DNA of 64,000 nucleotides from Candidatus Kerfeldbacteria bacterium (GTDB lineage: Bacteria > Patescibacteriota > Patescibacteriia > UBA9570 > XYC2-FULL-38-9): assembly GCA_016182555.1 (NCBI GenBank), contig JACPGJ010000007.1:192053-256052 (forward strand). Direction: 5' to 3'. The position numbers and the translations under genes were made by a program. Position 1 is the first letter of the stretch. Each line of letters starts with the position of its first letter. Positions 1 through 10,548 of this stretch are shown piece after piece. Below the pieces are notes generated by a model that saw nothing but the letters and a program-made list of their open reading frames with translations, did no database searches and was not told where the DNA came from.

Positions 1-69
1 CAACCAGACACTCCAATAGCGCCACATTTATTAGAGATCGTCGCTATCATGCCGGATATAAATCGATTC

Positions 70-1248
70 TCATAACGTAATAATTTCTTGAAAAAAATCT
101 TGCCATGGAAGAATAGATATAGAATCAAGGACACGTTTATGCGGTACACGACTCACACAATATAACACTGCTTCAGGGTACTGTTTACCAAATGAGCGCA
201 AATGACGCAAATCTGTTCCATCAATATTGTCGCTTGATTTTATTTCTACAGCAATTGTTTTACCCCGAGGTGTTTCTATAATTAAATCAATCTCAACACC
301 TGTAGACGAACGATAATAGCTGAATAGATAATCTCGTTTATGATATCGGGCAAGGCGCATCGTTTCCAGAATAACAAAATGTTCAAAGGCTGAACCAAAC
401 TCTGCGGTTCCCGGCTGCAATGGAACTCGAAGTTTTTTTGTTAATGCACGAACCACTCCCGTATCAAAAAAATAAAACTTTGGATGTTTAGTTAGTCTTT
501 GTCGCTGCGATTTTAAATACGGAAACAGAAATTGACCAATCAATGTGTCTTCTAACACCTGAAAATACGATTTAATGGTTTGGTATGATATGCCCGCCTG
601 ACGAGCAATATTTGAATAATTTATTTGGTTGCCATTTTCCATTGCCGCCAATGTGAGAAAACGCATAAACGGAGCAATGCCACGAATTTGAGCTTCGCGT
701 TCTATTTCTTCTTTCAAATACGTATCTACATAGGCATGTAAACGATCAATCGCCACTTCATCATCGTTTTCTATATATATTGAAGGTATTGTTCCAAATT
801 GCAATGCACGCATAAGGGAGAATTGTGGACCAAGTTCTTCTGTGGTGAGCGGAAACAGTTGATAGGTCAGCGCTCGGCCAGCAAGCAGATTCGCCTCGGA
901 GCGTTTGAGTTTACGTGCACTGGAACCAGTTAAAATAAAAAATGGGGCGTTGGGCTGTTCAATCAACCAATGTACTTCGTTAAGCAACGCCGGAATTCTT
1001 TGCACTTCGTCGATAATAATATGAGTGACTGTCGGTTTGCGTGCTTGTACTTCCGCTCGTAGTAATTCTGGATGCTCAGAAAACCGAAGATATTCTTCTG
1101 ACTTGAGTAAATCATAAGTAATTGTGTGTGCTGGAGCAAAAAGAGAGCGTAATAATGTACTTTTCCCTGTTTGACGTGGTCCAAAGAGGAAAAAACTCTG
1201 ATTTTTTGGCAATTGTATCTTTCTAGAAATCATACTTCTATAATACAC
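70..1248 (-). CDS. AAA-family ATPase (DUF4143-type ATP-binding protein)
   Basis: Walker A motif GPRQTGKST near the N-terminus. Length of about 390 aa and layout are typical of the AAA plus DUF4143 family. A paralog lies at 20971-22134. Confidence 0.7.
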   Translation of the reverse strand: MYYRSMISRKIQLPKNQSFFLFGPRQTGKSTLLRSLFAPAHTITYDLLKSEEYLRFSEHPELLRAEVQARKPTVTHIIIDEVQRIPALLNEVHWLIEQPNAPFFILTGSSARKLKRSEANLLAGRALTYQLFPLTTEELGPQFSLMRALQFGTIPSIYIENDDEVAIDRLHAYVDTYLKEEIEREAQIRGIAPFMRFLTLAAMENGNQINYSNIARQAGISYQTIKSYFQVLEDTLIGQFLFPYLKSQRQRLTKHPKFYFFDTGVVRALTKKLRVPLQPGTAEFGSAFEHFVILETMRLARYHKRDYLFSYYRSSTGVEIDLIIETPRGKTIAVEIKSSDNIDGTDLRHLRSFGKQYPEAVLYCVSRVPHKRVLDSISILPWQDFFQEIITL

Positions 1249-1287
1249 TGTATTATAGAAGTTGTCAATCTATTCTGCAATTTTTGC

Positions 1288-4287
1288 TTATTTTAGCACA
1301 ATATTTAAAATTTTTCCGGGGATGTAGATAACTTTCACCACACTCTTCCCTTCAATATGTTTTTGTACTTTTTCGGATTGCATCGCGGCGTCGCGAGCTT
1401 GGTTTTCTGATGAATCAACAGCAAGCGTAATGGTGTCGCGCATTTTTCCGTTTATTTGTACGGCCATGTTCACGGTTGTTTCTTTCACCAATTCCTCATC
1501 GTATTCTGGCCATGGTTGCTGAGCGATTTCTCCTTCAAAGTTGCATTGCTCCCATAACTCCGCCGTGATATGTGGCGCGAATGGTGAAAGAATGGTGATA
1601 AACAACTCAAACACCGATTGCGAAATCACCGGTTGTTTTTCAAATAGATTCAACGCAATCATCATCTGCGAAATAGCCGTATTGAAATCAAAACGATCTA
1701 TATCTTCTGTGACTTTTTTGATGGTGCGATGCAGTTCTGAAACGGTCGCTTTTTCTTCCGTCACATCTTTTTGCACTTTCTCTTTCAAGCGCCAAACACG
1801 ATCCAGAAACCGGCGAATGCCTTTTATGCTTTCTGTACTCCATGGTTTCATCTCTTCGAACGGACCCATAAACATTTCATACATGCGTAGTGTGTCGGCG
1901 CCATATTCGTTCACCACATCATCTGGGTTAATCACATTTCCTCGCGACTTACTCATTTTCTGATGGTCTGGTCCCAAAATCATGCCCTGGTTGCGTAGTG
2001 CCCCGAACGGCTCACGGCCAACCTCGGCTGGAATCAAACCAAAATCTTGCAACGCTTTATGAAAAAATCGTGCATACAACAAGTGCAGTACCGCGTGTTC
2101 AGCTCCACCCACATACATATCAACTGGCATCCACTGCTTCAATTTTTCTGGTGCAGCAAACATCTCTGTGTTCTTTGGGTCGCAAAAGCGCAAAAAATAC
2201 CAAGACGAACACGCAAATCCATCCATCGTATCATTTTCAAACCTCCAACCGTTGCCATACAATTTTTCTGCTCGCTCTTTCCACTCTACTGAACGCGCAA
2301 TTGGTGAATCTCCGGTTGGCCGGAAATCCACATCATTTGGCAATAACAAAGGTAAATGTTCTTCGCGAACTGGATGTATATTCCCTTCTGGGTCATACAC
2401 CATCGGAATTGGCGCGCCCCAATAGCGCTGTCGCGAAATTAACCAATCACGCAAACGGTAGGTTATTTTCTTGCGGCCACCAACTTTTTCACAAATTTTC
2501 CATTTCGCTTCTTCAGAATCTTCCCCATCAAATTCACCAGAATTTATAAGGTTACCACCACCAGCATAAACACTCTTTCCTACTAAAATATCCTTTAGTA
2601 CTTTTTGTTCATCGACATCAAACTGTGCCGTGCCGGGTAAAGCAGTAGATTGTATAGTAAGTGTATCCGGCTCAATAACACACACAATCGGCAAATCAAA
2701 CTTCTTCGCAAATTCAAAATCCCGTTCGTCGTGCGCGGGAACAGCCATAATGGCACCGGTGCCGTAGGTACCCAATACATAATCAGCAATCCAAATAGGT
2801 ATGCGTCGTCCGCTGCTTGGGTTCACGGCGTGTGCTCCGGTAAATACTCCGCTTTTTTCTTTATTCAAATCCGTTCGCTGCAAATCGGTTTTCTTTTTAG
2901 TGGCAGCAATATACTCTTCAACTGCTAAACGCTGTTGCGCAGAAGTAATCTGCGAAACCAACGGATGTTCTGGCGCAAGCACCATATAGGTTGCGCCGTA
3001 AAGCGTATCTGGCCGCGTGGTAAACACCGTAATCATTGGCACAGCCGCTTGTAAAACACTTGGCTCTTGAACCCCAGAAAAATGAGGCGTTTGAGCTTGT
3101 ACGAGAGTATAGGGCGCTTGTAAACGATCTGCCCACAGTTGACCATCACTTTCTGGCACCACATAATCACCGCTATCAAACAATACATGCAGGCGGGATA
3201 CATTGTTTCGAATGTGTACGAAACTAAATGGATATTGTACGGCTTTCGCCACCGTCGGACGGGCTTTGCCATCCAAAAAATTTGCTGTCGCTGGAGTGCT
3301 TACCAGAATAACACTCGCTAATTTTTTTGTTTCGGCAATGCGCAAAGCGACCAACCCACCAAATGAATGCCCAACGAGTACCGTCTGCTCATCAAGAGTA
3401 CATTGTTGCAACACCGCTTGCACTTGTTCTTCTAAATCTGGTGCCTCTGTATTCGGCAACACTGGCACTTGTACTTCATAGCCACGCTTAGTCAGTTCAC
3501 TCTGCAACCACGGTAAAAAATTGCTCATCGGTGAACCACCCTTTCCATGAATCAGAATAAACCGTTTTACTGGTGGTTGTGCTAAGACAAAATCAATCTC
3601 TGCGCCCTCAGAGCGTCCAATCCAATTTCGCTGCATGGCTTTAATCGGTTCTGGCCAATCCACTGCGTCCAAATCCTCCAGCAACTGCTGCGCATAGTCC
3701 GTGATTTTGAAAAACCACTGCTCTAAATCGCGTTGCACTACCGGATTTTTGCACCGCTCGCATGCGCCGTTCACCACCTGTTCATTGGCAAGTACCGTTT
3801 GGTCATGTTCACACCAATTCACTTTTGCTTTTTTGCGATACGCCAACCCGTGTTCATAGAATTGTAAAAACAACCACTGCGTCCATTTGTAATATGCGGG
3901 CGTTGAGGTATCCACTTCACGTGACCAATCATAACTCAACCCTAAACTTTGAATTTGACGACGAAAATTCTCAATATTGTTATGCGTTGAGGTATTCGGA
4001 TCTACACCAGTTTTAATGGCAAAATTCTCCGCTGGCAACCCAAATGCATCCCAGCCCATAGGGTGTAACACCTCAAATCCACGCATCCGTTTGTAGCGAG
4101 AAATAATATCTGTGGCGGTATACCCTTCCGGGTGCCCCACATGCAATCCTGCCGCTGATGGGTACGGAAACATATCTAAACAATAGAATTTTTTCATTTT
4201 CGCATCATCTGCAGCCGCAAATTGATTACGCTTTCGCCACTGTTTTTGCCATTTTGGCTCAATTTCTTGGGGGTTGTATTCATTCAT
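1288..4287 (-). CDS. leuS: leucyl-tRNA synthetase (class I) with an inserted alpha/beta-hydrolase-fold domain
   Basis: HVGHPEGY (HIGH), [13 protein letters not shown] and TTRPDTLYG motifs are present, and the sequence is colinear with bacterial LeuS. The 999 aa length exceeds the usual ~800-860 aa because of the insertion listed below. Confidence 0.95.
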   Translation of the reverse strand: MNEYNPQEIEPKWQKQWRKRNQFAAADDAKMKKFYCLDMFPYPSAAGLHVGHPEGYTATDIISRYKRMRGFEVLHPMGWDAFGLPAENFAIKTGVDPNTSTHNNIENFRRQIQSLGLSYDWSREVDTSTPAYYKWTQWLFLQFYEHGLAYRKKAKVNWCEHDQTVLANEQVVNGACERCKNPVVQRDLEQWFFKITDYAQQLLEDLDAVDWPEPIKAMQRNWIGRSEGAEIDFVLAQPPVKRFILIHGKGGSPMSNFLPWLQSELTKRGYEVQVPVLPNTEAPDLEEQVQAVLQQCTLDEQTVLVGHSFGGLVALRIAETKKLASVILVSTPATANFLDGKARPTVAKAVQYPFSFVHIRNNVSRLHVLFDSGDYVVPESDGQLWADRLQAPYTLVQAQTPHFSGVQEPSVLQAAVPMITVFTTRPDTLYGATYMVLAPEHPLVSQITSAQQRLAVEEYIAATKKKTDLQRTDLNKEKSGVFTGAHAVNPSSGRRIPIWIADYVLGTYGTGAIMAVPAHDERDFEFAKKFDLPIVCVIEPDTLTIQSTALPGTAQFDVDEQKVLKDILVGKSVYAGGGNLINSGEFDGEDSEEAKWKICEKVGGRKKITYRLRDWLISRQRYWGAPIPMVYDPEGNIHPVREEHLPLLLPNDVDFRPTGDSPIARSVEWKERAEKLYGNGWRFENDTMDGFACSSWYFLRFCDPKNTEMFAAPEKLKQWMPVDMYVGGAEHAVLHLLYARFFHKALQDFGLIPAEVGREPFGALRNQGMILGPDHQKMSKSRGNVINPDDVVNEYGADTLRMYEMFMGPFEEMKPWSTESIKGIRRFLDRVWRLKEKVQKDVTEEKATVSELHRTIKKVTEDIDRFDFNTAISQMMIALNLFEKQPVISQSVFELFITILSPFAPHITAELWEQCNFEGEIAQQPWPEYDEELVKETTVNMAVQINGKMRDTITLAVDSSENQARDAAMQSEKVQKHIEGKSVVKVIYIPGKILNIVLK
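3034..3588 (-). other. in-frame alpha/beta-hydrolase-like domain of about 185 aa inserted in LeuS between the RSEGAEIDF and TVFTTRPDT motifs
   Basis: Segment [12 protein letters not shown]...[13 protein letters not shown] (GHSFGG nucleophile elbow, encoded at about 3355-3372). E. coli LeuS has only about 12 residues at this position. Confidence 0.6.
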
Positions 4288-4462
4288 AGTGCATCCATTG
4301 TATCGGAGCCGGCAAAAAACCGCAAAAGTTAGCCCAGTAAAACCAATAATTTGTTTAATGTTAGCAAAATTTTTTTATATGATGCACACAAAAACGATTG
4401 ACCAAAATCACTAAAAATGGTATGCTGCTGCCTACTAACAATACACAACTATTCAACTTCAG

Positions 4463-5791
4463 TTGAAAAAATTCCTTCTTCGCCTCAGCCTGCATGCCAT
4501 TCATGGGCTGCGCAAGCTCCTCGCCCTCATCAAGCATCTGGGTATATTGTTATTGCGTCCAATTGCTTTTCTCTGGAGTGTTACCCTGCGCCCGATTGCC
4601 ATTGTGATCTATAAAATTTATATCTTACTGAATCAACGTTCCAAACTTTTTTTTCATGCACAACATAAACTGTTGGCGGTCATTACCAACCGGTATGCCA
4701 TTCATGCGTTTGTGCTCTTGCTCAGCATTGGAGTCATGTTTACCAATATTGCCCAGGCAGAATCTGTGCGTTCCGAAGAGTTTGCGCAGCATAGTTTGTT
4801 CAACACGCTTTTTGCAACGAACGATGAAACCATCGTGACCGCAGAAACCATTGCTTCATCAAATACCACCTATATCAATACCGACGCTGTTGTACGTATT
4901 ACCCCAGTCATTGAAAATGATGAAACCACAGATGATAGTATTATTGTGGCTGGCAATGGTTCGGCCTTGGTCCAATCCAGTGGATTTGATTCAACAGGAA
5001 ACAGCAGCAATAGTATTCAACAATATACCGTTGAACCTGGTGATACGGCCAGCAGCATTGCCGCAAAATTCGGTGTATCTACCAAAACCGTTCTATCAAC
5101 AAACGGCCTCAGCGATTCATCACTGATTAAACCGGGTCAAAAACTCTACATTTTACCCGTCACCGGCGTTGCGTATACCGTGCAATCAGGAGATACGGTG
5201 GATAAAATTGCAGAAAAATTTAAAGGAAAATCTGAAGAAATCATTGCCTACAACGATTTTGTATCAGCCAGCGATTTGAAAGCCGGTGAAGAAATTATTA
5301 TTCCTAATGGACAAGCACCTGCTCCTCCGCCACCGGCACCGACCACTCACCTCAGTTCCATTCGCGATGTGTTTCAAGGTGGTGGCAACGCAACCAGTGG
5401 AACACCCGGGCCCAGTGCACCTGTGGCTGGCTCTGGTATGCAGTGGCCAACCGTCACTCACCGGCTATCGCGCGGATATTTAGGTGCGTATCATAATGGT
5501 TTAGATATCGATGGTAACTTTGGTGATCCAATTTATGCCACAAATAGTGGCCGAGTCGTGCAAGCAGGTTGGGTAGGTGGATATGGATATATGATACTCA
5601 TTGACCATGGAAACGGTATACAAACACGCTATGGCCATTTACAAAAATTATTTGTCAGCAGTGGCCAAAATGTCGGCAAAGGGCAAAACATTGGGGAGAT
5701 GGGTTCTAGCGGTAACTCCACCGGCTCGCACCTCCACTTTGAAGTCATCGTAGGTGGCAGCACAACCAATCCATATAACTACGTGAGATAA
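4463..5791 (+). CDS. membrane-anchored LysM-domain M23 peptidase
   Basis: Two LysM motifs (YTVEPGDTASSIAAKFGV and YTVQSGDTVDKIAEKF). A Pro-rich linker precedes the M23 core (HNGLDIDG...GHLQ...GSHLHFEV). The N-terminal region is hydrophobic. Confidence 0.85.
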   Translation: MKKFLLRLSLHAIHGLRKLLALIKHLGILLLRPIAFLWSVTLRPIAIVIYKIYILLNQRSKLFFHAQHKLLAVITNRYAIHAFVLLLSIGVMFTNIAQAESVRSEEFAQHSLFNTLFATNDETIVTAETIASSNTTYINTDAVVRITPVIENDETTDDSIIVAGNGSALVQSSGFDSTGNSSNSIQQYTVEPGDTASSIAAKFGVSTKTVLSTNGLSDSSLIKPGQKLYILPVTGVAYTVQSGDTVDKIAEKFKGKSEEIIAYNDFVSASDLKAGEEIIIPNGQAPAPPPPAPTTHLSSIRDVFQGGGNATSGTPGPSAPVAGSGMQWPTVTHRLSRGYLGAYHNGLDIDGNFGDPIYATNSGRVVQAGWVGGYGYMILIDHGNGIQTRYGHLQKLFVSSGQNVGKGQNIGEMGSSGNSTGSHLHFEVIVGGSTTNPYNYVR

Positions 5792-5799
5792 AAAAAATA

Positions 5800-5847
5800 C
5801 CATCGCTGCAGATAAATACAAAGCGATGGTGTTTTTTAATAGGGAAT
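5800..5847. terminator. bidirectional intrinsic terminator between convergent genes
   Basis: Hairpin ACCATCGCT...AGCGATGGT (5809-5840) flanked by an A8 run upstream and GTTTTTT downstream. It sits between the stop codons of 4463-5791 (+) and 5847-6227 (-). Confidence 0.6.
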
Positions 5848-6227
5848 TAAGCGAGAGTTTTTTTGATTTTTTCGACAATTTCGGCAGTGGTGAAATTGGC
5901 TTTCACCAAGTAATCTTTTGCACCAAGGCTCAACCCCTGTTGTACCTTACTCTCTTGGCCAAAATTACTGAGAATGAGCACAGGAATATTAGCGACCGTT
6001 TGATCAGCCTGCTTCTTCAACGCTTCTAACACCTCAAAGCCACTCATGCCAGGCAGCATGATATCAAGCAAAATAATATTTGGTTTTTCGGCAATGGCTT
6101 TTTGTAAACCACTTTCTCCATCTGTTGCCAGCACAATGTTAAACCCTTCTTTGGTGAGTTTCGTTGAGATCAATTCTGATAAAAATTTGTCGTCTTCGAC
6201 AATCAATACTTTAATTGGATCGGCCAT
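5847..6227 (-). CDS. single-domain response regulator (CheY-like receiver)
   Basis: KVLIVEDD...ILLDIMLPGMSGFEVL receiver signature with no output domain. Confidence 0.8.
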   Translation of the reverse strand: MADPIKVLIVEDDKFLSELISTKLTKEGFNIVLATDGESGLQKAIAEKPNIILLDIMLPGMSGFEVLEALKKQADQTVANIPVLILSNFGQESKVQQGLSLGAKDYLVKANFTTAEIVEKIKKTLA

Positions 6228-6287
6228 AATTGAGATAATTAATTCTTAATAGTATTATACGCTATAATACGGTAAAATACAACTACT

Positions 6288-6980
6288 ATGTCTTCTGGAA
6301 TACTTTACACCGTTGCCACACCAATCGGCCACCTCGGCGATATGACTGTTCGGGCTGTGGAAACCCTGAAAAATGTTGACCTCATTGCTTGTGAAGATAC
6401 TCGGGAAACCAAGAAACTGCTTGACCACTATAGTATCTCCACACGTATGACAAGCTATCATGCACAGTCAACACAGACCAAAGAGGATGCTATTTTGGCT
6501 TTGCTGGCGGATGGTCAATCGGTCGCGTTAGTCAGTGACCGCGGAACGCCCGGTATTTCTGACCCCGGCGCTCGGCTGATTCAACGCGCTGTAGCCATGA
6601 GCATAACCGTTGTCCCCATTCCAGGGGCCACGGCGGTTATAGCGGCCTTGCAAGCCTCTGGTGCAGCCATGAGCGAATTTTGGTTTCGCGGTTTTGTCCC
6701 TCATAAAAAAGGACGGCAAACATTTTTTCAAGAAGCTATTGCTCATACCGGCACCGTGGTATTTTATGAATCGCCTCATCGCATTTTGAAATGTTTGGAA
6801 CAGCTGATTCAGCTTGGCGTTGGTGAGAGAACAATGATCGTGGCACGTGAACTCACCAAAAAACAAGAGGAGTTTTTGCGTGGACCGGCAGAACAAATAC
6901 TGAATACTATGCAAGAACGCAAAATTGATTACGGTGAATTTGTGGTAATTTTAAATGCCTATCACCATACCAAAATATGA
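6288..6980 (+). CDS. rsmI: 16S rRNA (cytidine1402-2'-O)-methyltransferase RsmI (tetrapyrrole-methylase fold)
   Basis: N-terminus LYTVATPIGHLGDMTVRAVETLKNVDLIACEDTRETKKLL matches the RsmI consensus. Confidence 0.85.
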   Translation: MSSGILYTVATPIGHLGDMTVRAVETLKNVDLIACEDTRETKKLLDHYSISTRMTSYHAQSTQTKEDAILALLADGQSVALVSDRGTPGISDPGARLIQRAVAMSITVVPIPGATAVIAALQASGAAMSEFWFRGFVPHKKGRQTFFQEAIAHTGTVVFYESPHRILKCLEQLIQLGVGERTMIVARELTKKQEEFLRGPAEQILNTMQERKIDYGEFVVILNAYHHTKI

Positions 6981-6996
6981 CGAAAAGAAAATCCGT

Positions 6997-8568
6997 TTAC
7001 CATTCAAAACCAGCAGTATAACGAATAGCTTCTGCCAAGTGCACTGACTGTAACGGCTGCCCAGCCAAATCCGCAATGGTCAACGCTACTTTCAATGTTT
7101 TATGGTACCCACGCATGGATAAACGGTATTTTTCAACCGCTTGTCGCATCAACTGTTGTGATGACTGGTCCAAACTCACCATATTCATCAACTGTTTGGA
7201 AGAAAGCGCGGCATTGGGCTGACCCTGCCGTTGATATTGCCGCGTGCGTGCCGCTTCTACTCGTTGGCGAATCGTGGAGGAACGTTCACGTTGAGCGTCT
7301 GTGGTAGATTGCTGCTGGTGGATATCTTCGGTATTGATATAGGACACGGTCATTTTTATATCCATGCGGTCAAGTAACGGGCCGGATATTTTTCGTTTAT
7401 ACATTTCTATACTATAGGGCAAGCATTCACATTCTTTGTGCTTGCTGCGCTGCCCTTGTGCACGATTTTCCAAACCATAAAACCCACACGGACACGGGTT
7501 CATTGCTGCCACCACCATGCAGCGTGCCGGATAAGTTGCTTTCCCATGAATACGATGAATGGTCACACTGCCGGTTTCCAACGGTTGGCGCAGTGCTTCC
7601 AATAAATCACGCCGAAATTCTGGTAGCTCATCTAAAAACAGTACGCCGTGATGGGCAAGCGAAATCTCTCCAGGGCGCAGATGCACACCACCGCCAATAA
7701 TGGCTGTTGGTGAAGTGGTATGATGTGGCGCACGAAAAGGACGCTGCCAAATAATCGTGTTCCCCTGGTGCTCCACCAATGAATGAATCGTGGTTGCTTC
7801 AATCATTTCTGTGCTGGTCATGCGTGGTAAAATACTCGCCAACGCTTGTGCCAGCATACTTTTTCCCACACCAGGCGCGCCAACCATTAACAAATTGTGG
7901 CCGCCCGCTGCCGCGACTTCCAGTGCCCGCTTTGCCATCGGCTGGCCAACAATATCTTGCATATCCACGGGGTAGTGCGATAGGTGTTCATGAGGCTGTT
8001 GTTGATCGATGGCAGCAGGAATCGGACGTAGTGGATCAAGTTGCGCTTCGCTACAAAACACATCCACCAATGCTTTCAAGGATGACACCGGAAAAATATG
8101 CTGGCGTTGTTCTGGTTGTACCGCTAACGATACTTCTGGCGTATTCGCCTGCGGAATATAGATAGAACAATGCAAACGATTCATCGCCGTATCCACTAAT
8201 GGTAAGGCGCCCCGCACCGGTCGCAACGTGCCGTTCAGAGCCAGCTCACCAACAAAAAATTCTTGCGGTATTTGCGGCAGCACTCCAGACGCAGCAAGGA
8301 TACCAAGCGCGATAGGCAAATCAAACAGCGAACCAATTTTGCGTGTATGCGCAGGGGCGAGGTTCACGGTGACACGCGTCCGCGGAAACGGAAAACCAGA
8401 ATTTTTAATCGCGGAACGCACACGATCGCGTGCTTCAGAAACAGCAGCGTCGGGCAAACCGACAATAATAAACTGAGGAAGGCCATTGGCGACATCAACC
8501 TCAATATCTACAGGTGTGCAATCTAGCCCTTGAATGTTTAACGAACGAATTGTTGCAGTCATAAACAA
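6997..8568 (-). CDS. YifB/ComM family Mg-chelatase-like AAA ATPase
   Basis: N-terminal Lon-like region, Walker A GAPGVGKSM and a conserved C-terminus, all colinear with E. coli YifB. Confidence 0.85.
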   Translation of the reverse strand: MFMTATIRSLNIQGLDCTPVDIEVDVANGLPQFIIVGLPDAAVSEARDRVRSAIKNSGFPFPRTRVTVNLAPAHTRKIGSLFDLPIALGILAASGVLPQIPQEFFVGELALNGTLRPVRGALPLVDTAMNRLHCSIYIPQANTPEVSLAVQPEQRQHIFPVSSLKALVDVFCSEAQLDPLRPIPAAIDQQQPHEHLSHYPVDMQDIVGQPMAKRALEVAAAGGHNLLMVGAPGVGKSMLAQALASILPRMTSTEMIEATTIHSLVEHQGNTIIWQRPFRAPHHTTSPTAIIGGGVHLRPGEISLAHHGVLFLDELPEFRRDLLEALRQPLETGSVTIHRIHGKATYPARCMVVAAMNPCPCGFYGLENRAQGQRSKHKECECLPYSIEMYKRKISGPLLDRMDIKMTVSYINTEDIHQQQSTTDAQRERSSTIRQRVEAARTRQYQRQGQPNAALSSKQLMNMVSLDQSSQQLMRQAVEKYRLSMRGYHKTLKVALTIADLAGQPLQSVHLAEAIRYTAGFEW

Positions 8569-8644
8569 AAAACTCCTGCCTGCTGATAGGGCTAAAGGAG
8601 TCCAACGCTGCTACTCTAACACGCTACTAAAAATTGAGCAACTA

Positions 8645-8965
8645 TTAACGAGATTGAATTTTTTTTATCGTGGCAATAAGCGTATCTTGCTGGTCATCTG
8701 AGTGCATTCTGTTTCTTTTTTGGTGGCCGCAGCGGCGACAGGCATGAACGAATATATATTCGCCATGTTCTAATTGAACATCGACTACATCCATGAGCCC
8801 TCCACAATCGGCTTGCCGGTCTCCAGGAAAAATATCCACGTGCTTGGACAATAAACAACGAGGGCAGTGATTACGGTATCCGTCCCCCTCTACTTGTTTG
8901 CCGCACGCTTCACAGACAAAATCCTCAACTCGTTTTTGAAATTGTTTTGTTGGCTTGTGGTGCAT
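8645..8965 (-). CDS. RNHCP domain protein (Cys-rich)
   Basis: GYRNHCPRCLLSKHVD motif plus further CxxC pairs. The start was chosen at the internal Met MHHKPTKQF, because the long ORF overlaps lspA. Confidence 0.6.
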   Translation of the reverse strand: MHHKPTKQFQKRVEDFVCEACGKQVEGDGYRNHCPRCLLSKHVDIFPGDRQADCGGLMDVVDVQLEHGEYIFVHACRRCGHQKRNRMHSDDQQDTLIATIKKIQSR

Positions 8966-9473
8966 GTTCCTCTTTCCATAATGATAACGCGAGCGCGAGT
9001 ACACCCAAAATAATATAGATATCCGCTAAGTTAAATACGGACCAAAACGGAATGCTGATAAAATCAACAACAAAACCATAACGTACACGATCGAGAATAT
9101 TTGAAAAAGCACCAATGAAAACGAAAATGAGAAAAGCGACATGATGATCGTTACCCTGACGATGTTCTTTGATCGCCATCCAAAGCAGCGATATACTCAC
9201 GAGCGCTGTAGTGAGAAACACAATACTCGTAGGCGCCTCCACATAAAAGAGAAAATTTTTGTTACCCACCACGTTCAACTGCAACAAATTTGGAATCAAC
9301 ACAATAGGCTTATGCAAATAGGACAGTGCGATATATTTACTCACCCGATCAATACCATACAAACAGATAGCAAGGAGGGTGATGCGCAGAAAAAAACGCT
9401 GGCGCTTGTTGAACTGGCCCAGTGTGGGGAAATATTTCACAAAGAAGAAAAATTTATCGGTGAGTTTTGGCAC
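8925..9473 (-). CDS. lspA: lipoprotein signal peptidase II
   Basis: Four hydrophobic segments and the FNLAD motif (FWSVFNLADIYIILG). Confidence 0.7.
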   Translation of the reverse strand: MPKLTDKFFFFVKYFPTLGQFNKRQRFFLRITLLAICLYGIDRVSKYIALSYLHKPIVLIPNLLQLNVVGNKNFLFYVEAPTSIVFLTTALVSISLLWMAIKEHRQGNDHHVAFLIFVFIGAFSNILDRVRYGFVVDFISIPFWSVFNLADIYIILGVLALALSLWKEEHAPQANKTISKTS

Positions 9474-9834
9474 AATTCATGCATTCAGTGGCTGCGGAGT
9501 TGGCGCGCAAACGATCTTCGTTCATTGGCTGACCACACTGTTCACAGACTCCGTAACTCCCCTGTTCAATTTTTTTTAATGCATGTTGTATCTGTTCGAC
9601 GCGTGTACTCAATACACCAGTTGCGTCCAAAGATTCTAAATAATCTTGTACTTCTACAGGCGATTCAGAATTACTATCTAAACGATCATCGCCATAATTC
9701 GGGAATGTGGCGACGCGCGCACCCGGTGTATGGTTATGAACATCTGGTGTAGAAACACTATTCAAATCTTCTGTTAACAATTGCTGTTCTTTTTCCAATG
9801 CTTGTTTCATTTCATTGATAAATGCTTGATCCAT
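9454..9834 (-). CDS. DksA/TraR-family C4-type zinc-finger protein
   Basis: C-terminal CEQCGQPM...CMNCAKTH four-Cys finger preceded by a coiled-coil region. Start set at MDQAFINEMKQ (9834) instead of the longer ORF. Confidence 0.7.
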   Translation of the reverse strand: MDQAFINEMKQALEKEQQLLTEDLNSVSTPDVHNHTPGARVATFPNYGDDRLDSNSESPVEVQDYLESLDATGVLSTRVEQIQHALKKIEQGSYGVCEQCGQPMNEDRLRANSAATECMNCAKTHR

Positions 9835-9917
9835 AAAAATAAATTTAATCGATTTTTCTAAAATGCGGTGTAAGTGTATCGTGGATTTTCGCTTCTGTAA
9901 ACGGCAAAATTTCCTCC

Positions 9918-9954
9918 ATAACGAAAAGAGGGCGCCCCGAAGGGCGCCACTCTC
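9918..9954 (-). terminator. intrinsic terminator on the minus strand
   Basis: Stem of 11-12 bp, AGAGGGCGCCC cgaa GGGCGCCACTCT. On the minus strand it is followed by CUUUUCGUU. It lies at the 3' end of the ORF-free segment 9960-10548. Confidence 0.5.
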
Positions 9955-9959
9955 AATAT

Positions 9960-10548
9960 ATAAAAAGAGAATATAATGCGCTCGGAACGCCCTGGGTAAC
10001 TGTGTGGACTCTATGCCCCGCCTTCTCAAAAGAGGGCAAGACGTAAAGAATTTCCTCGCAGTTACAATATTGGGCCGCGAAAGCCACTAGCCAGGGGCTT
10101 CAACGCGAAAGAACTTCCCACAAGATGGCTGTAAGCGTGCATAAATGGTGCCCAAAGGGCAAAAAACACGCAAACTAGCCGAGATTTTATTTTTGTTTTA
10201 CGCCTCAACTGCACCAAAAGCGCAGGAGGCGAGCTAGATAAAATGCAGGAAGTACATCCTATACAAAAATGCTGGTGTAGGGTCTACACGTCAATTCCTC
10301 GAGAGCTTCGTTTTGCTTCGCAAAGCCGTGCTCTCTTCGAAATTGCCGCTTCGACCATAATCCAATTTCTGTATACGGTTTACTCCCCGCAATGAAGAGT
10401 GAAAAGGAACAATTGATAAGAGAATCATATCACATTCTTGAAAGCAGGTCAACAATGTGGTGTAATTCTTTGCTGATTTCAGCAAAATTTACCCTGTTGA
10501 CGCTAGAGTTATCCACCGTAAAAGTTATCCACAGGCTCCAAAAAAACA
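9960..10548 (-). other. ORF-free, GC-enriched segment of about 590 bp; candidate structured ncRNA of unknown class
   Basis: No ORF of 60 aa or more has any recognizable protein signature. GC is clearly elevated against AT-rich neighbours. The segment lies between the gmk stop and a strong minus-strand terminator. I could not match tmRNA, RNase P or SRP motifs. Confidence 0.25.

Noticed and set aside
1541-3481. Multiple 60-180 aa ORFs antisense to leuS (1541-1963, 1998-2549 and others)
   Set aside because: They are entirely embedded antisense in a highly conserved aaRS gene, low-complexity, and lack an RBS. They are typical spurious antisense ORFs.
3034-3588. Intein in LeuS
   Set aside because: There is no Cys/Ser at the insert N-terminus, no HN followed by C/S/T at its C-terminus, and no homing-endonuclease motifs. 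Instead it has a clear GHSFGG alpha/beta-hydrolase elbow.
9960-10548. tmRNA, RNase P RNA or SRP RNA in the ORF-free segment
   Set aside because: No GGTTCGA-type T-arm or acceptor pairing for tmRNA was found, and the putative tag frame ends atypically (...GAVEA). No AGGAAAGUCC / ACAGAANCCGGCUUA P4 strands in the proper order for RNase P. No domain IV motif for SRP RNA. Left as an unassigned candidate.
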